Source of the DNA: Cyanobacteriota bacterium
GTDB taxonomy: Bacteria; Cyanobacteriota; Cyanobacteriia; Thermostichales; Thermostichaceae
Direction of reading: 5' to 3'
DNA: 64,000 nt
Assembly (NCBI GenBank): GCA_033764955.1
Contig: JANRIL010000020.1
Coordinates: forward strand, 104,621 to 168,620
Part shown: piece after piece, positions 9,682 to 19,785 of the stretch
Position numbering within the stretch: the first letter of the stretch is position 1
How the letters are laid out: every line of letters begins with the position of its first letter
Program-made: the position numbers and the translations under genes
Notes under the pieces: model-generated
What the model was told of the DNA's origin: nothing
The model's database searches: none
What the model saw: the letters and a program-made list of their open reading frames with translations, nothing else

Positions 9682-9697
9682 GCTTTATATCTGGTGG
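9682..9697 (-). promoter_or_regulatory. Possible NrdR box in the nrdJ promoter
   Basis: Minus strand CCACCAGATATAAAGC resembles acaCwAtATaTwGtgt and sits just upstream of a TATAGT -10 (9675-9680). The partner box is weak. Confidence 0.35.
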
Positions 9698-9824
9698 CAA
9701 AGCTTGACAAAATCCTTACTGATCACTAGTGGTGGCGGTGATACCTATTGCCATGATCGCTCCCGTCATTGGGATCCCCCTAGGGCTGTTGATACAGCCT
9801 GGGCACAACCAGAGGCTAGCTGAA

Positions 9825-9854
9825 TTGACAATCAAATACTACAAGATGTAGCAT
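9825..9854 (+). promoter_or_regulatory. Sigma70-type promoter of rtcB with an overlapping palindromic operator
   Basis: TTGACA (9825-9830)-N18-TAGCAT (9849-9854); inverted repeat ATACTACA-aga-TGTAGCAT at 9836-9854. Confidence 0.55.
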
Positions 9855-10005
9855 GACCTCGTAGTGTAACGGTCTCATTGAAAACATCTCAGCCAGTCGG
9901 AGAATGGGATCCCAGATTTTTTACGATTTGAGGATTTTATCTTCTAGACCTTTCAACCCAAAAGGGGGGGATCCCGGCCAATCCTGATGACGAGGAATAA
10001 GCATC

Positions 10006-11187
10006 ATGACTTTCCAAGCTTTAGCGCTCAACACTTCCCATCCGGTTTTATCGTGGGCTGGCCATGATCTGGCCTCCGATGAATATCAAATGGTCAAAAA
10101 TGTTGCTTCTTTGCCGTTTATTTTTAAGCATGTGGCGCTGATGCCCGATGTGCATTTGGGCAAGGGAGCCTTGGTGGGATCCGTGATTGCCACCCAGGAG
10201 GCGATCATACCGGCGGCGGTCGGGGTGGATATTGGCTGTGGCATGGGCGCGATCAAAACACCTTTTTTGGCGGAGCAATTGGCGGGAAAACTAAAAAAAA
10301 TTCGTCTGGATATCGAGGCCACTATTCCCACTGGGTTTAACGACAACAAGACCCTTGAGAAATCGGTGCAAAATTGGCAGGGATGGCGGGATTTTCGTCA
10401 CCTACATCCAGGGGTGCAGGATCTGGAATCAAAAGCAAAGCGGCAATTGGGATCCCTAGGGGGAGGCAACCACTTTTTAGAGGTTTGTCTGGATAGCGAG
10501 GATCAGGTGTGGCTGATGCTCCATTCGGGATCCCGTAACATTGGCAAATCCCTGGCAGAGCGGCACATCGACACTGCTCGACATCTGGCGAAGCTGGCCC
10601 ATCAGTCGCTGCCGGATCCCGATCTGGCCTATTTTGTAGCGGGCACTCGCGAATTTCAAGCCTACTGGCACGATTTGCAATGGGCACAAAACTATGCCCG
10701 GAGCAATCGGCAAGTGATGATGGAACGGTTCAAGCAAATTCTGGAGAAACACCTAGCCGGTGGCAAACCCTTCCAACCGCTGCTGACGGTTAACTGTCAC
10801 CACAACTATGCCGAAAAGGAAGTCCATTTTGGGGAATCGGTCTACGTCACCCGCAAGGGAGCTGTGCGCGCCCAAACCGATGACTATGGGATCATTCCTG
10901 GCTCGATGGGATCCCGTTCCTACATCGTCAAGGGCAAAGGTCATCCCGACAGCTATTGCTCATGCAGTCATGGAGCAGGACGGGCGATGTCGCGCAACAA
11001 AGCCAAAACTGTCTTCAGTCTGGAGGATTTGATTGAGCAAACCACAGGTGTTGAGTGCCGCAAAGATACCGGAGTATTGGATGAGATCCCTGCCGCCTAC
11101 AAACCGATTGAGCAGGTGATGGCACAGCAGGCGGATCTAGTCGAGGTGGTGGCGACCCTCAAACAGGTGATCTGTGTGAAAGGCTAA
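10006..11187 (+). CDS. rtcB: RNA-splicing/repair ligase RtcB
   Basis: MPDVHLG, GVDIGCG, SLGGGNHFLE, HSGSR, TRKGA, SHGAGR and a C-terminal KG. Confidence 0.95.
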   Translation: MTFQALALNTSHPVLSWAGHDLASDEYQMVKNVASLPFIFKHVALMPDVHLGKGALVGSVIATQEAIIPAAVGVDIGCGMGAIKTPFLAEQLAGKLKKIRLDIEATIPTGFNDNKTLEKSVQNWQGWRDFRHLHPGVQDLESKAKRQLGSLGGGNHFLEVCLDSEDQVWLMLHSGSRNIGKSLAERHIDTARHLAKLAHQSLPDPDLAYFVAGTREFQAYWHDLQWAQNYARSNRQVMMERFKQILEKHLAGGKPFQPLLTVNCHHNYAEKEVHFGESVYVTRKGAVRAQTDDYGIIPGSMGSRSYIVKGKGHPDSYCSCSHGAGRAMSRNKAKTVFSLEDLIEQTTGVECRKDTGVLDEIPAAYKPIEQVMAQQADLVEVVATLKQVICVKG

Positions 11188-11340
11188 AAGCAGCCAAGGG
11201 ATCCTTTTAGCGTCAAGATAGTGGGGATCCCTATTCGGTATGGATCCCCGAACAAGTTTTGCTGGGGGCGGCTTCAGGATGTCCCCACCTCGGTCTATGC
11301 TAGTGGGGTAGCCTTACCGAAGAGCCGGAGGACGAGGATC

Positions 11341-12627
11341 ATGCGAGAGGTACTGGCGATCATCTTGGGCGGAGGACGCGGCACTCGTCTCTATCCCCTC
11401 ACCAAAAAACGGGCGAAGCCCGCTGTGCCCGTAGCAGGCAAGTATCGGCTGATCGATATTCCCGTCAGCAACTGCATCAACTCTGATATTGATAAGATCT
11501 ACGTTCTCACCCAGTTTAATTCCGCCTCCCTCAATCGCCACATCACCAATACTTATCGCTTTTCTCCCTTTGGCGGGGGGTTTGTGGATGTGTTGGCTGC
11601 GCAACAAACTCCCGAAAATCCAGAATGGTTTCAAGGAACAGCCGATGCGGTGCGGCAATACCTCTGGTTGATGGAGTCTTGGAAAGCCAAGGAATATTTG
11701 ATTCTGTCCGGCGATCACCTCTATCGCATGGACTATCGCCCCTTTATTGAGCGTCATCGGCAAAGCCAAGCTGATGTGACATTATCGGTGGTGCCCTGTG
11801 GAGAAGCCGATGCCTCCAGCTTTGGTCTGATCAAAATTGATGAAACAGGTCGGGTCGTTGATTTCAAGGAAAAACCCAAAGGTGCCCTCCTGCAAAGTAT
11901 GCGAGTAGACACCCAATCTTTGGGGTTGAGTGCCGAAGAAGCCCTGCAAAAACCCTATATTGCCTCGATGGGCATCTACGTTTTTAACCATGATGCCCTC
12001 ATCTCGATGCTCAACAATCGTGAGCATACCGATTTTGGCAAAGAGGTGATCCCAGCCTCCATTCAAACCATGAAAATTCAGGCATACCTGTTTAATGGCT
12101 ATTGGGAAGATATTGGAACCATTGAAGCCTTTTATCGGGCCAATTTAGCGTTGGTACAACAGCCCAATCCGTCCTTCAGTTTTTACGACGCTCAAACTCC
12201 TATTTATACCCGTCCTCGCTTTTTGCCCCCCAACAAAATTCTTGACTCCCACATTCAAGAATCTATTATTGCTGATGGTTGTATCATCAAAAATGCTGAG
12301 ATTCGTCATTCTATCATTGGCATTCGTGGTCGCCTAGAAGCCAATACAGTGGTTGAACACACGATGGTGATGGGGGCTGACTATTATGAATCAAGTGAGG
12401 AGCGGGAAGCCAAGCTAGCCAACGGGATCCCTCCGTTGGGAATCGGCGCGAACTCCCATATTCGCAATGCCATTGTGGATAAAAATGCCCGCATTGGTCG
12501 GAATGTTAAAATCCTCAACAAAGATCATGTCCAGGAGGCCGAATGTGAGGAAAAAGGCTACTGGATTAGCAACGGGATTGTGATTGTGATTAAAGATGCT
12601 GTGATTCCCGATAACACGATTATTTAG
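11341..12627 (+). CDS. glgC: Glucose-1-phosphate adenylyltransferase (AGPase)
   Basis: [37 protein letters not shown]; start at ATG 11341 after a GAGG RBS. Confidence 0.97.
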   Translation: MREVLAIILGGGRGTRLYPLTKKRAKPAVPVAGKYRLIDIPVSNCINSDIDKIYVLTQFNSASLNRHITNTYRFSPFGGGFVDVLAAQQTPENPEWFQGTADAVRQYLWLMESWKAKEYLILSGDHLYRMDYRPFIERHRQSQADVTLSVVPCGEADASSFGLIKIDETGRVVDFKEKPKGALLQSMRVDTQSLGLSAEEALQKPYIASMGIYVFNHDALISMLNNREHTDFGKEVIPASIQTMKIQAYLFNGYWEDIGTIEAFYRANLALVQQPNPSFSFYDAQTPIYTRPRFLPPNKILDSHIQESIIADGCIIKNAEIRHSIIGIRGRLEANTVVEHTMVMGADYYESSEEREAKLANGIPPLGIGANSHIRNAIVDKNARIGRNVKILNKDHVQEAECEEKGYWISNGIVIVIKDAVIPDNTII

Positions 12628-12649
12628 GAGATCTGGCAAGTGGGTATTG

Positions 12650-12672
12650 CTGGATATTGAGTCGATATCCAG
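12650..12672 (+). terminator. Stem-loop after glgC
   Basis: CTGGATAT-tgagtcg-ATATCCAG inverted repeat; no clear U-tract. Confidence 0.35.
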
Positions 12673-12720
12673 TCGGGTTGAAGATAGTAGTTGGGGGTGC
12701 TAGCGCTAGGTTGAGTTGGC

Positions 12721-13515
12721 ATGTTTTTACTCTTTTCTAAAATCTTGCCTCCCCTAGTTTATCCCTTGGGGTTAGCGTGTTTGCTGATCACCGCTGCTTT
12801 GGCCTGTTTGTTACGTCCTCAGGGATCCCGACTTTGGGCAATTCGCTTTTTGGTAGCGGCACTGCTGATTCTTTATTTGAGTAGTAATGGCTGGGTTAGT
12901 CGGGCGCTAGTTCGCTCCTTGGAATGGCGCTACCTGCCTCTCCACGACATTCCCACAGCGGATGCGATTGTGGTGTTAGGGGGAGGCACCCGACCACAAA
13001 TTCCCCCTCGTCCCTATCTCGATGTCACGGATGCAGGGGATCGCATCCTCTACGGGGCTTATCTGTGGCAGCAGGGCAAAGCCCCTTGGCTAATTATGAG
13101 TGGGGGGCGTCTGGAATGGCTGGGGGAAGGGGGATCCCCAGAATCGGTAGATATGGCACGATTGGCTGAAGCGATGGGGGTAGCAACCTCGGCAATCCTT
13201 CAGGATCCCGCCTCCCTCAATACCTATCAAAATGCCGTCAACGTCAAAACCCTGTTGCAAACCCATGATCTGCATCGGATCATCTTGGTGACTTCTGCCC
13301 TGCACATGCCCCGCTCCCTCGGCATTTTTAGCAAGCTGGGGATCCCGACCATTCCCGCCCCCACCGACTACCTGACCAGTCAACGCCAGAATCGCAAAGG
13401 GATCCCAGGGGTTCTGGTGGATCTGCTGCCTTCCGCCGAAGCGTTGCAAGCAACCAACCGCGCCCTCAAAGAGTATGTGGGCTGGTTAGTCTATCGCCTG
13501 AAAGGATGGTTGTAG
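12721..13515 (+). CDS. YdcF/ElyC (DUF218) family membrane protein
   Basis: Two N-terminal TMs, AIVVLGGG, SLNTYQNA, LVTSALHMPRS. Confidence 0.9.
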   Translation: MFLLFSKILPPLVYPLGLACLLITAALACLLRPQGSRLWAIRFLVAALLILYLSSNGWVSRALVRSLEWRYLPLHDIPTADAIVVLGGGTRPQIPPRPYLDVTDAGDRILYGAYLWQQGKAPWLIMSGGRLEWLGEGGSPESVDMARLAEAMGVATSAILQDPASLNTYQNAVNVKTLLQTHDLHRIILVTSALHMPRSLGIFSKLGIPTIPAPTDYLTSQRQNRKGIPGVLVDLLPSAEALQATNRALKEYVGWLVYRLKGWL

Positions 13516-13755
13516 GTAAACCCCGCCCACTTTAAGACAGATGCAACCCATCAATTCAGGCAACGATTGAGATAAGTGAGATCAATGCTGTTTTGGGAAC
13601 ATCTCCGCCCATCCCTTTCCTAACATCACCGTAACCAGAGGGGACAGATCCACTGATAATAAGGAAACGGCGAGGGGTTTGTCGGCGCTAGTTCTGAGGG
13701 ATCCCAGCCATCGATGGAATCAACCCTTTGACTAGCATTGAACCCTGGTTGCCTA

Positions 13756-14541
13756 ATGGCTATTGTGTTAGCGTTCACCAACAATAAGGGCGGAACGGGC
13801 AAATCAACCCTCTGCGCCAACTGTGCCCATATCACCGCTCAACAGGGACAACGGGTTTTGTTGGTGGATCTTACCTCTCAGCGCACCGCCAGCACCCTGC
13901 TCCTAGGGGAGATTGAAGATTTAACCGAAGCCGAAACCGTGCTGGCTCTTTTGCAGGATCCCCCACTTCGCCCCATTCTGGAGTTACTCTATGAAAGCAG
14001 CAAAGGACTGGATGTGTTGCCCTCGCACGTAGGCATGGCTCAGGCGGTTTCACGGCTCGCGGTCATGACCCAAGACTCCTCCACTCTGCTCACGGATCAA
14101 TTGCGTTCCATTCAAGAAGAATATGACTATATTTTTATCGATAGCCCCGGTGACCTGAACGAATTGACCCGCAATGCCTTGACCGCTGCTCAGCGGGTGA
14201 TCATCCCCTCCCGTCTCAATCGCACCGACTTTTCTTGTACCGAGGTGACATTGCGATTTTTAGCCTCGACGGTCATGCCGCCACCAACAGCACGGGTGGT
14301 TCTCAATATGTTGGATGATCGCTATTTGCCAGGGGGAATCTGGGCGACAGCTCACACCGGACAACTTTATCAGCAGGCACGCCATCTGTTTGCGGATGTT
14401 TTGTCGCCCATCACGATCCCGGATAGCGGAGATCTGCGTACTGCCTTTGATCGGGGGTTGACCGTGCTGGAGTACAAACCGGATACTGTGGTGGCGCAAC
14501 GTTTGCAGGAATTTGTTCATCAAGAGGTGCTTTGTGACTGA
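13756..14541 (+). CDS. ParA/MinD-family ATPase
   Basis: Deviant Walker A NNKGGTGKST, LLVDLTSQ, IFIDSPG. Confidence 0.9.
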   Translation: MAIVLAFTNNKGGTGKSTLCANCAHITAQQGQRVLLVDLTSQRTASTLLLGEIEDLTEAETVLALLQDPPLRPILELLYESSKGLDVLPSHVGMAQAVSRLAVMTQDSSTLLTDQLRSIQEEYDYIFIDSPGDLNELTRNALTAAQRVIIPSRLNRTDFSCTEVTLRFLASTVMPPPTARVVLNMLDDRYLPGGIWATAHTGQLYQQARHLFADVLSPITIPDSGDLRTAFDRGLTVLEYKPDTVVAQRLQEFVHQEVLCD

Positions 14542-15064
14542 TCATCGGAGTCTTTTTTCTGCCTCAGGATCTCCCCCTGCCCGTTCCTCCCGCAAGCGTA
14601 AACCTGTGGCCTCCCAGTCAGATTCAACCGATGCTTCCCCCGCTCCAGCCGACCTCCCACCCCCTCAGCAGTCGGATCCGCCTGGGTTGGAGGAGTCGGG
14701 ATCCCTGGAGATCGCCCAACTGCAAGGGGAACTGCAAGCGCTGCAAGTCCGACATCAGCAGGATCAACAGCACATCGAGACCCTTCAGCACCAACTCAGC
14801 AGCAGTGAACAGGCTCGTGCAGATTTACAAAACCAGCTCCAACAAACGGTGGCTCACCGCGATGAACTGGAAAAAGCTCTCAAAACAATGCAGGCGCTCG
14901 CAGAAACCCGCGCCCAAGAGCTACAACGCCTGCACACTCAACCCACTGAACAACCCCCACCAACCGCTCACCAGCCCAAACGACAGCCCAAACCCCTTGG
15001 CATTCATCGTCCGATTGGCCCGCAGCCAGGGGGAGGCGATATGCCTGCCTTTCTGCTGGACTAA
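14534..15064 (+). CDS. Coiled-coil/disordered protein translationally coupled to the ParA
   Basis: GTG overlaps the end of the parA gene. Basic N-terminus (RSSRKRK), Pro-rich linker, ~75-aa Gln/Leu heptad segment, C-terminal DMPAFLLD. Confidence 0.75.
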   Translation: MTDHRSLFSASGSPPARSSRKRKPVASQSDSTDASPAPADLPPPQQSDPPGLEESGSLEIAQLQGELQALQVRHQQDQQHIETLQHQLSSSEQARADLQNQLQQTVAHRDELEKALKTMQALAETRAQELQRLHTQPTEQPPPTAHQPKRQPKPLGIHRPIGPQPGGGDMPAFLLD

Positions 15065-15278
15065 ATCCGCTCCCAATCTCCTGAAAAATGCTGGGGAGAA
15101 GGGTCGCCAATTTACACCTCCTCCTCTGTGGAAACCTGCTTTTCCTGATGGAGTGGTGGCACCCCCATAAAAATCCTGTAGCAAACCCTACCCAGAGGGG
15201 AAGGATCAACGCTAAAGTTGCGGTGAGGATCCCTAAAGGTTATCCCTTCGCGGGGATAAATGAGGCCAAACAGCCAGA

Positions 15279-15716
15279 GTGTCTCTCGTCGTCACGCCCA
15301 TGTATACTCCGTCTCCCCAACCTGTTCTCAACCATGTTCTGATTGTGAAAGACCGTAGCGGCCCCAGAGCCTATTGGTTGACGGCTGAACTTTATTCATT
15401 GGGGCGAGACGCCAGCAATAGCATTCGGATTGACTCCCAATATGCCTCACGGCATCACGCTATTTTGGTCAAGATGGAGTCTCCCCTCACTCCTGACGGC
15501 TTTGTTTATCACATTATTGATGGAGATGTGGAAGGCAACCCCAGCACTAACGGTCTCTATGTGAGTGGTCAACAAACCGAGTTTCGAGATTTAGAAGACG
15601 GGGATGAGATCCAGTTTGGTTCGGATGCGGTGGCGACCTACTCCCTACAAGCCAGGGATCTCAACTCGATTTTAGAAACCTTTGAGCATACCCAGATTGT
15701 GGTTCCCGGCTCTTAG
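15279..15716 (+). CDS. FHA-domain protein
   Basis: LGR...SRHHA...STNGLYV...DGDEIQFG. Confidence 0.9.
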   Translation: MSLVVTPMYTPSPQPVLNHVLIVKDRSGPRAYWLTAELYSLGRDASNSIRIDSQYASRHHAILVKMESPLTPDGFVYHIIDGDVEGNPSTNGLYVSGQQTEFRDLEDGDEIQFGSDAVATYSLQARDLNSILETFEHTQIVVPGS

Positions 15717-15798
15717 GCTATCCATCCGCATGATACGATCATGACCTTATGCCACGATGTGTCTTCCCTGATGAGGTCTGCTGAATCGATAGCTACTC

Positions 15799-17157
15799 AT
15801 GCAAGCCATTACCAAAATCTTGATTGCCAACCGTGGGGAGATTGCCCTGCGCGTGATTCGCACCTGCCAGGAACTTGGGATCCCGACGGTGGCCGTCTAT
15901 TCTAAGGCGGATCAAAGTGCCCTACATGTGCAGTTGGCGGATGAGGCGGTTTGTGTGGGGGAAGCTCCCAGCGCCCGCAGTTACTTAAACATTCCCAATA
16001 TCATTTCGGCAGCCCTCACCCGTGGAGCCAATGCCATTCATCCAGGCTATGGTTTTTTGGCCGAAAATGCCAAATTTGCGGAGATGTGTGCGGATCACAA
16101 CCTGATTTTTATCGGTCCTGCTCCCGATGCCATGCGAAAAATGGCGGATAAGGCAACAGCCAGAGAAACGGTGCAGTCGGTGGGAGTGCCCACAGTGCCA
16201 GGAACCAAAGGCTTAATTGAAACCGACGAGGACGCCACCAAAGCGGCGGAACGGATTGGCTATCCGGTGATTATCAAAGCCACCGCCGGTGGTGGTGGGC
16301 GGGGAATGCGCGTGGTTCACAACAGCAACGACTTGGTGAAGATGATCCGTGCCGCCCGTGGCGAGGCCGATGCCTCCTTTGGCAACAGTGGCATTTACCT
16401 GGAAAAATTTATTGAGAAACCCCGCCATATCGAGTTCCAAATTTTGGGCGATACCTTCGGGAATGTTGTGCATCTCTACGAGCGGGATTGTTCGATTCAA
16501 CGTCGTCATCAAAAGCTGTTAGAGGAAGCCCCTAGTCCGGCTCTCAATCCGGCTCTCCGCACCAAGATGGGATCCGCTGCTGTCAAAGCCGCCAAAGCAA
16601 TCAACTATACGGGGGCAGGAACCATCGAGTTTCTCCTCGACAAGCACGGGCAGTTTTATTTTATCGAGATGAATACCCGCATTCAGGTGGAACATCCGGT
16701 GACGGAGATGGTGACCGGACTCGATCTGATCGCCGAACAGATTCGCATCGCCCAAGGGCAGCGACTTTCTTTTAGCCAAAAGGATGTGCAACTGCAAGGT
16801 CATGCCATCGAATGCCGCATCAACGCCGAAGACCCTAAGCATCAATTTCGACCTCATCCAGGACGGATTAGCGCCTATCTCCCTCCGGGGGGGCCTGGAG
16901 TGCGGATTGACTCGCATGTTTACACCGATTATTCCATTCCTCCCTACTACGATTCGCTGATCGGCAAGCTAATCGTCTGGGGGCCAAATCGAGCCGCCGC
17001 CATTCGTCGAATGCAACGGGCTTTAGGAGAATGTGCCATCACCGGCATCCCCACCACGATCCCTTTTCATCAAAAAATTCTGCGACACGAAGCCTTTTTG
17101 AAAGGGGATGTTTATACCGACTTTATTCAACAGCACATGCTCAAAGAGGAGGACTGA
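15799..17157 (+). CDS. accC: Acetyl-CoA carboxylase biotin carboxylase subunit
   Basis: LIANRGEIA, HPGYGFLAEN, GGGGRGMR, EMNTRIQVEH. Confidence 0.97.
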   Translation: MQAITKILIANRGEIALRVIRTCQELGIPTVAVYSKADQSALHVQLADEAVCVGEAPSARSYLNIPNIISAALTRGANAIHPGYGFLAENAKFAEMCADHNLIFIGPAPDAMRKMADKATARETVQSVGVPTVPGTKGLIETDEDATKAAERIGYPVIIKATAGGGGRGMRVVHNSNDLVKMIRAARGEADASFGNSGIYLEKFIEKPRHIEFQILGDTFGNVVHLYERDCSIQRRHQKLLEEAPSPALNPALRTKMGSAAVKAAKAINYTGAGTIEFLLDKHGQFYFIEMNTRIQVEHPVTEMVTGLDLIAEQIRIAQGQRLSFSQKDVQLQGHAIECRINAEDPKHQFRPHPGRISAYLPPGGPGVRIDSHVYTDYSIPPYYDSLIGKLIVWGPNRAAAIRRMQRALGECAITGIPTTIPFHQKILRHEAFLKGDVYTDFIQQHMLKEED

Positions 17158-17217
17158 GGGACTGCGATGCACTACTAGGAAGGGATCCCGTGCATTGTCC
17201 CTATCTTTGACGAGTGT

Positions 17218-18528
17218 TTAGGGAATGGGTGGATGAGCAAGGGCAAGATAAACCCTGACGGTCGTGCCATCCACTTCGGAGGAGCGAATCGACAGTTCTC
17301 CGCCGTGAGCTTCCACAATTTGTTTGACAATCGGCAGCCCCAGTCCGGTTCCGGCAGGCTTGGTGGTGTAAAACAAGTCCGTCACGCGGGAGAGGAGGTG
17401 GGCGGGGATAACCGAGCCACGATTGTGAATTTCGATGCAGGCTTGCTGGCGTTGGGAATCTTTGAGCAGGGAACAGCGAATGGGATCCCCTTTGGCTACG
17501 GCCTCACAGGCGTTGCGGAGCAGGTTAATCACCACCTGTTTGAGACGATCCGCATCTGCTTTCACCCAGACCTTATCAGCCCAGGGCATATAGTTGATTG
17601 TGTATTGATTCATGTCAAACGACAAACGAAAAATGGTGATCTGTTCCTCAATAAACGTATTTAATTCTAGTAAAGAGGGGCGCAAGACCTGTAGCCGAGA
17701 ATAGGTCAAAATATCATTTAATAATCGCTCCAGTCGTTCCTGTTCCGCCTGGGCTAAAGACAGGCGTTCCTGGGCAGGTTGAGGAATCGGTAGCCGTTGA
17801 AAATAGTTGAGGGTCAGGCTAATCGTGGAAAGAGGGTTACGAATTTCATGGACAATCATGGTGGCAAACTGACCAATCGCAGCTAAGCGTTCCTGTTCCA
17901 TATTTTTTTCCTGAGCCATTTGTAATTCAGCCGATCGAACCAGAACTTCTGCTTCTAGTGCTTCGTTAAACTCCCTCTGTTGTTGATAAAGATGATAGTT
18001 ATCAATAGCAGTAGCCGCTCGTTCGGCAAATAATTCGGCAATGCCTACTTCTTCGGGGCTAAATTCTCGCTCTTGGCGATGAAAGGAGCAAATAGTTCCT
18101 ATAATCTCCGAATAAGATGTGCGTAAAGGGATCCCCAAATAGGCACAGTAGCCCTCTGGAGGTTCTCCATATTCGGGGTGATCTAGCGCATTTCTAACAA
18201 CTAAAGTCTCTCCAGTTTCAAAGACCGTATTGGTTAGCGATCCATGCACATCAAAGGCGCAATCAAGATCTTCCCCCTCTAAGTTGCTGGCCAAAACCCG
18301 CTCTAGACCATCTTTGACAAAGGTGACTACCGACCAATCTACCTCCAACAACTGGCTGACTCCAGAGGCGACTGCGGCCAAATATTCGCTCAGATTTCCG
18401 GCTCGGTAACTGAGGGAACCAAGCGCCTCTAAGGTGCGTCGTTCTCGTTGCCAGCGCCGCAATCGAAAAAAGGGAAACCACCGACTAATCCAAGCTGAAA
18501 AGGTGATCATTTTTGATTTGGCAGCCAT
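17218..18528 (-). CDS. Cytoplasmic GAF-domain sensor histidine kinase
   Basis: GAF (YLGIPLR...IGTIC), VHEIRNPL H box, NLLRNACEA, GTGLGL. Confidence 0.9.
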   Translation of the reverse strand: MAAKSKMITFSAWISRWFPFFRLRRWQRERRTLEALGSLSYRAGNLSEYLAAVASGVSQLLEVDWSVVTFVKDGLERVLASNLEGEDLDCAFDVHGSLTNTVFETGETLVVRNALDHPEYGEPPEGYCAYLGIPLRTSYSEIIGTICSFHRQEREFSPEEVGIAELFAERAATAIDNYHLYQQQREFNEALEAEVLVRSAELQMAQEKNMEQERLAAIGQFATMIVHEIRNPLSTISLTLNYFQRLPIPQPAQERLSLAQAEQERLERLLNDILTYSRLQVLRPSLLELNTFIEEQITIFRLSFDMNQYTINYMPWADKVWVKADADRLKQVVINLLRNACEAVAKGDPIRCSLLKDSQRQQACIEIHNRGSVIPAHLLSRVTDLFYTTKPAGTGLGLPIVKQIVEAHGGELSIRSSEVDGTTVRVYLALAHPPIP

Positions 18529-18630
18529 TGAGGTTTTGTTTTATTGAAGATAGGAGTCTAAGATAGAAATTAGCTAAAGTCAGTGTACGCAAAACTTGCT
18601 AGCAAATGTTTCCAATTAAAAGCCACGATC

Positions 18631-19308
18631 ATGAGTGTTCATGTTTTATTGGTAGAAGATGATGTCAGCTTGGCGCGATCCATTGAGTTAGAACTGAGCT
18701 GTGAAGGCTATCAAGTTACCGTCAAGCATGATGGCTTAGCTGGTTTAACACTAGCGCGGGAGACCCAACCGGATCTGATTTTATTGGACTGGTCAATGCC
18801 AGGGATCTCCGGTTTAGAAGTCTGCCGGCGATTACGCTCCACTGGCAATCTAACGCCGATTATTTTTTTGACCGCTCGCGGAGAAGTTACGGAACGGGTG
18901 ACCGGTCTGGATGCCGGAGCGGATGATTATGTGGTCAAGCCCTTCAGTATTGAAGAATTGTTAGCCCGCATCCGTGCCCGCATTCGCCATACCCAAGAAC
19001 AAAACGATCATCTTTTACGGTTTGGTGATCTCACCCTCAATCGCACTACCCGTGAAGTGTTACGAGGATCCCGTGCCATTGATTTAACTCCCACTGAATT
19101 TGATTTGCTGGAATATCTGCTGATGCATCCTCGGCAAGTGTTGACCCGCGAGCGCATTTTAGAAAAAGTTTGGGGATATGACTTTATGGGCGACTCCAAT
19201 ATTATCGAGGCTTATATTCGATATCTGCGGATCAAACTGGAACAAGAAGGAGAACCCCGCTTACTACAAACAGTGCGGGGGGTGGGCTATGTTTTGCGAG
19301 AATCTTAG
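18631..19308 (+). CDS. OmpR/PhoB-family response regulator
   Basis: LLVEDD, LLDWSMP, GADDYVVKPF, winged helix ending TVRGVGY; divergent from the GAF kinase. Confidence 0.93.
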   Translation: MSVHVLLVEDDVSLARSIELELSCEGYQVTVKHDGLAGLTLARETQPDLILLDWSMPGISGLEVCRRLRSTGNLTPIIFLTARGEVTERVTGLDAGADDYVVKPFSIEELLARIRARIRHTQEQNDHLLRFGDLTLNRTTREVLRGSRAIDLTPTEFDLLEYLLMHPRQVLTRERILEKVWGYDFMGDSNIIEAYIRYLRIKLEQEGEPRLLQTVRGVGYVLRES

Positions 19309-19419
19309 TTGAATAACAAGGGATCCCGTCAAGTCAGGGGATCCCTTGCCTGGGGCGTAAAGGGTTTTAGATCAGCCAACCCATCACCAAGTATTCAACG
19401 CAGATCCAACCAGATCCAA

Positions 19420-19785
19420 CTAGTTGTTAGCTTTGCCAATACGAGCTTTGATAACAGCATCGCGCAAGGCACTGAGTTTGGCAATTTCTGCATTAGCCTG
19501 GTTGAGCATGGCTTCTCCCATCGCCTTAATTTCGGGGTTAGAAGACTGCATCGCCATCAAACCCACCTGCACCATATACATGGCTTGCGACATCATTTCA
19601 TCAACAATAGCCACATCAAAATTGGGATCGGTGGGATCATCAACCGCCATAAAACGATCCCCGCCACTCTTGGCTAAGAGAATAGTCTCCTCAGTTTCCC
19701 AGGAGAGGGGATTGGCAACAGCTACCGATCCAAAAGCCAAGGTGATGAGGCTAGCTAACATCGTAGCTTTCAGTTTTGTCATCAT
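19420..19785 (-). CDS. Secreted Met-rich protein, DUF305/CopM-like half domain
   Basis: Signal peptide (..AVA-N), FDVAIVDEMM...SSNPEIKAMGEAMLNQANAEI pattern; AAGGA RBS before ATG 19785. Confidence 0.6.
   Translation of the reverse strand: MMTKLKATMLASLITLAFGSVAVANPLSWETEETILLAKSGGDRFMAVDDPTDPNFDVAIVDEMMSQAMYMVQVGLMAMQSSNPEIKAMGEAMLNQANAEIAKLSALRDAVIKARIGKANN

Noticed and set aside
7319..11187. Inteins or introns in nrdJ and rtcB (known hotspots)
   Set aside because: Both proteins are of normal length with contiguous motifs (NPCGE, GGGNHF).
13756..15064. Chromosome-partition parAB or carboxysome mcdAB
   Set aside because: The partner has no ParB CTPase/HTH motif and no terminal Trp motif; no parS or ccm genes are in the window.
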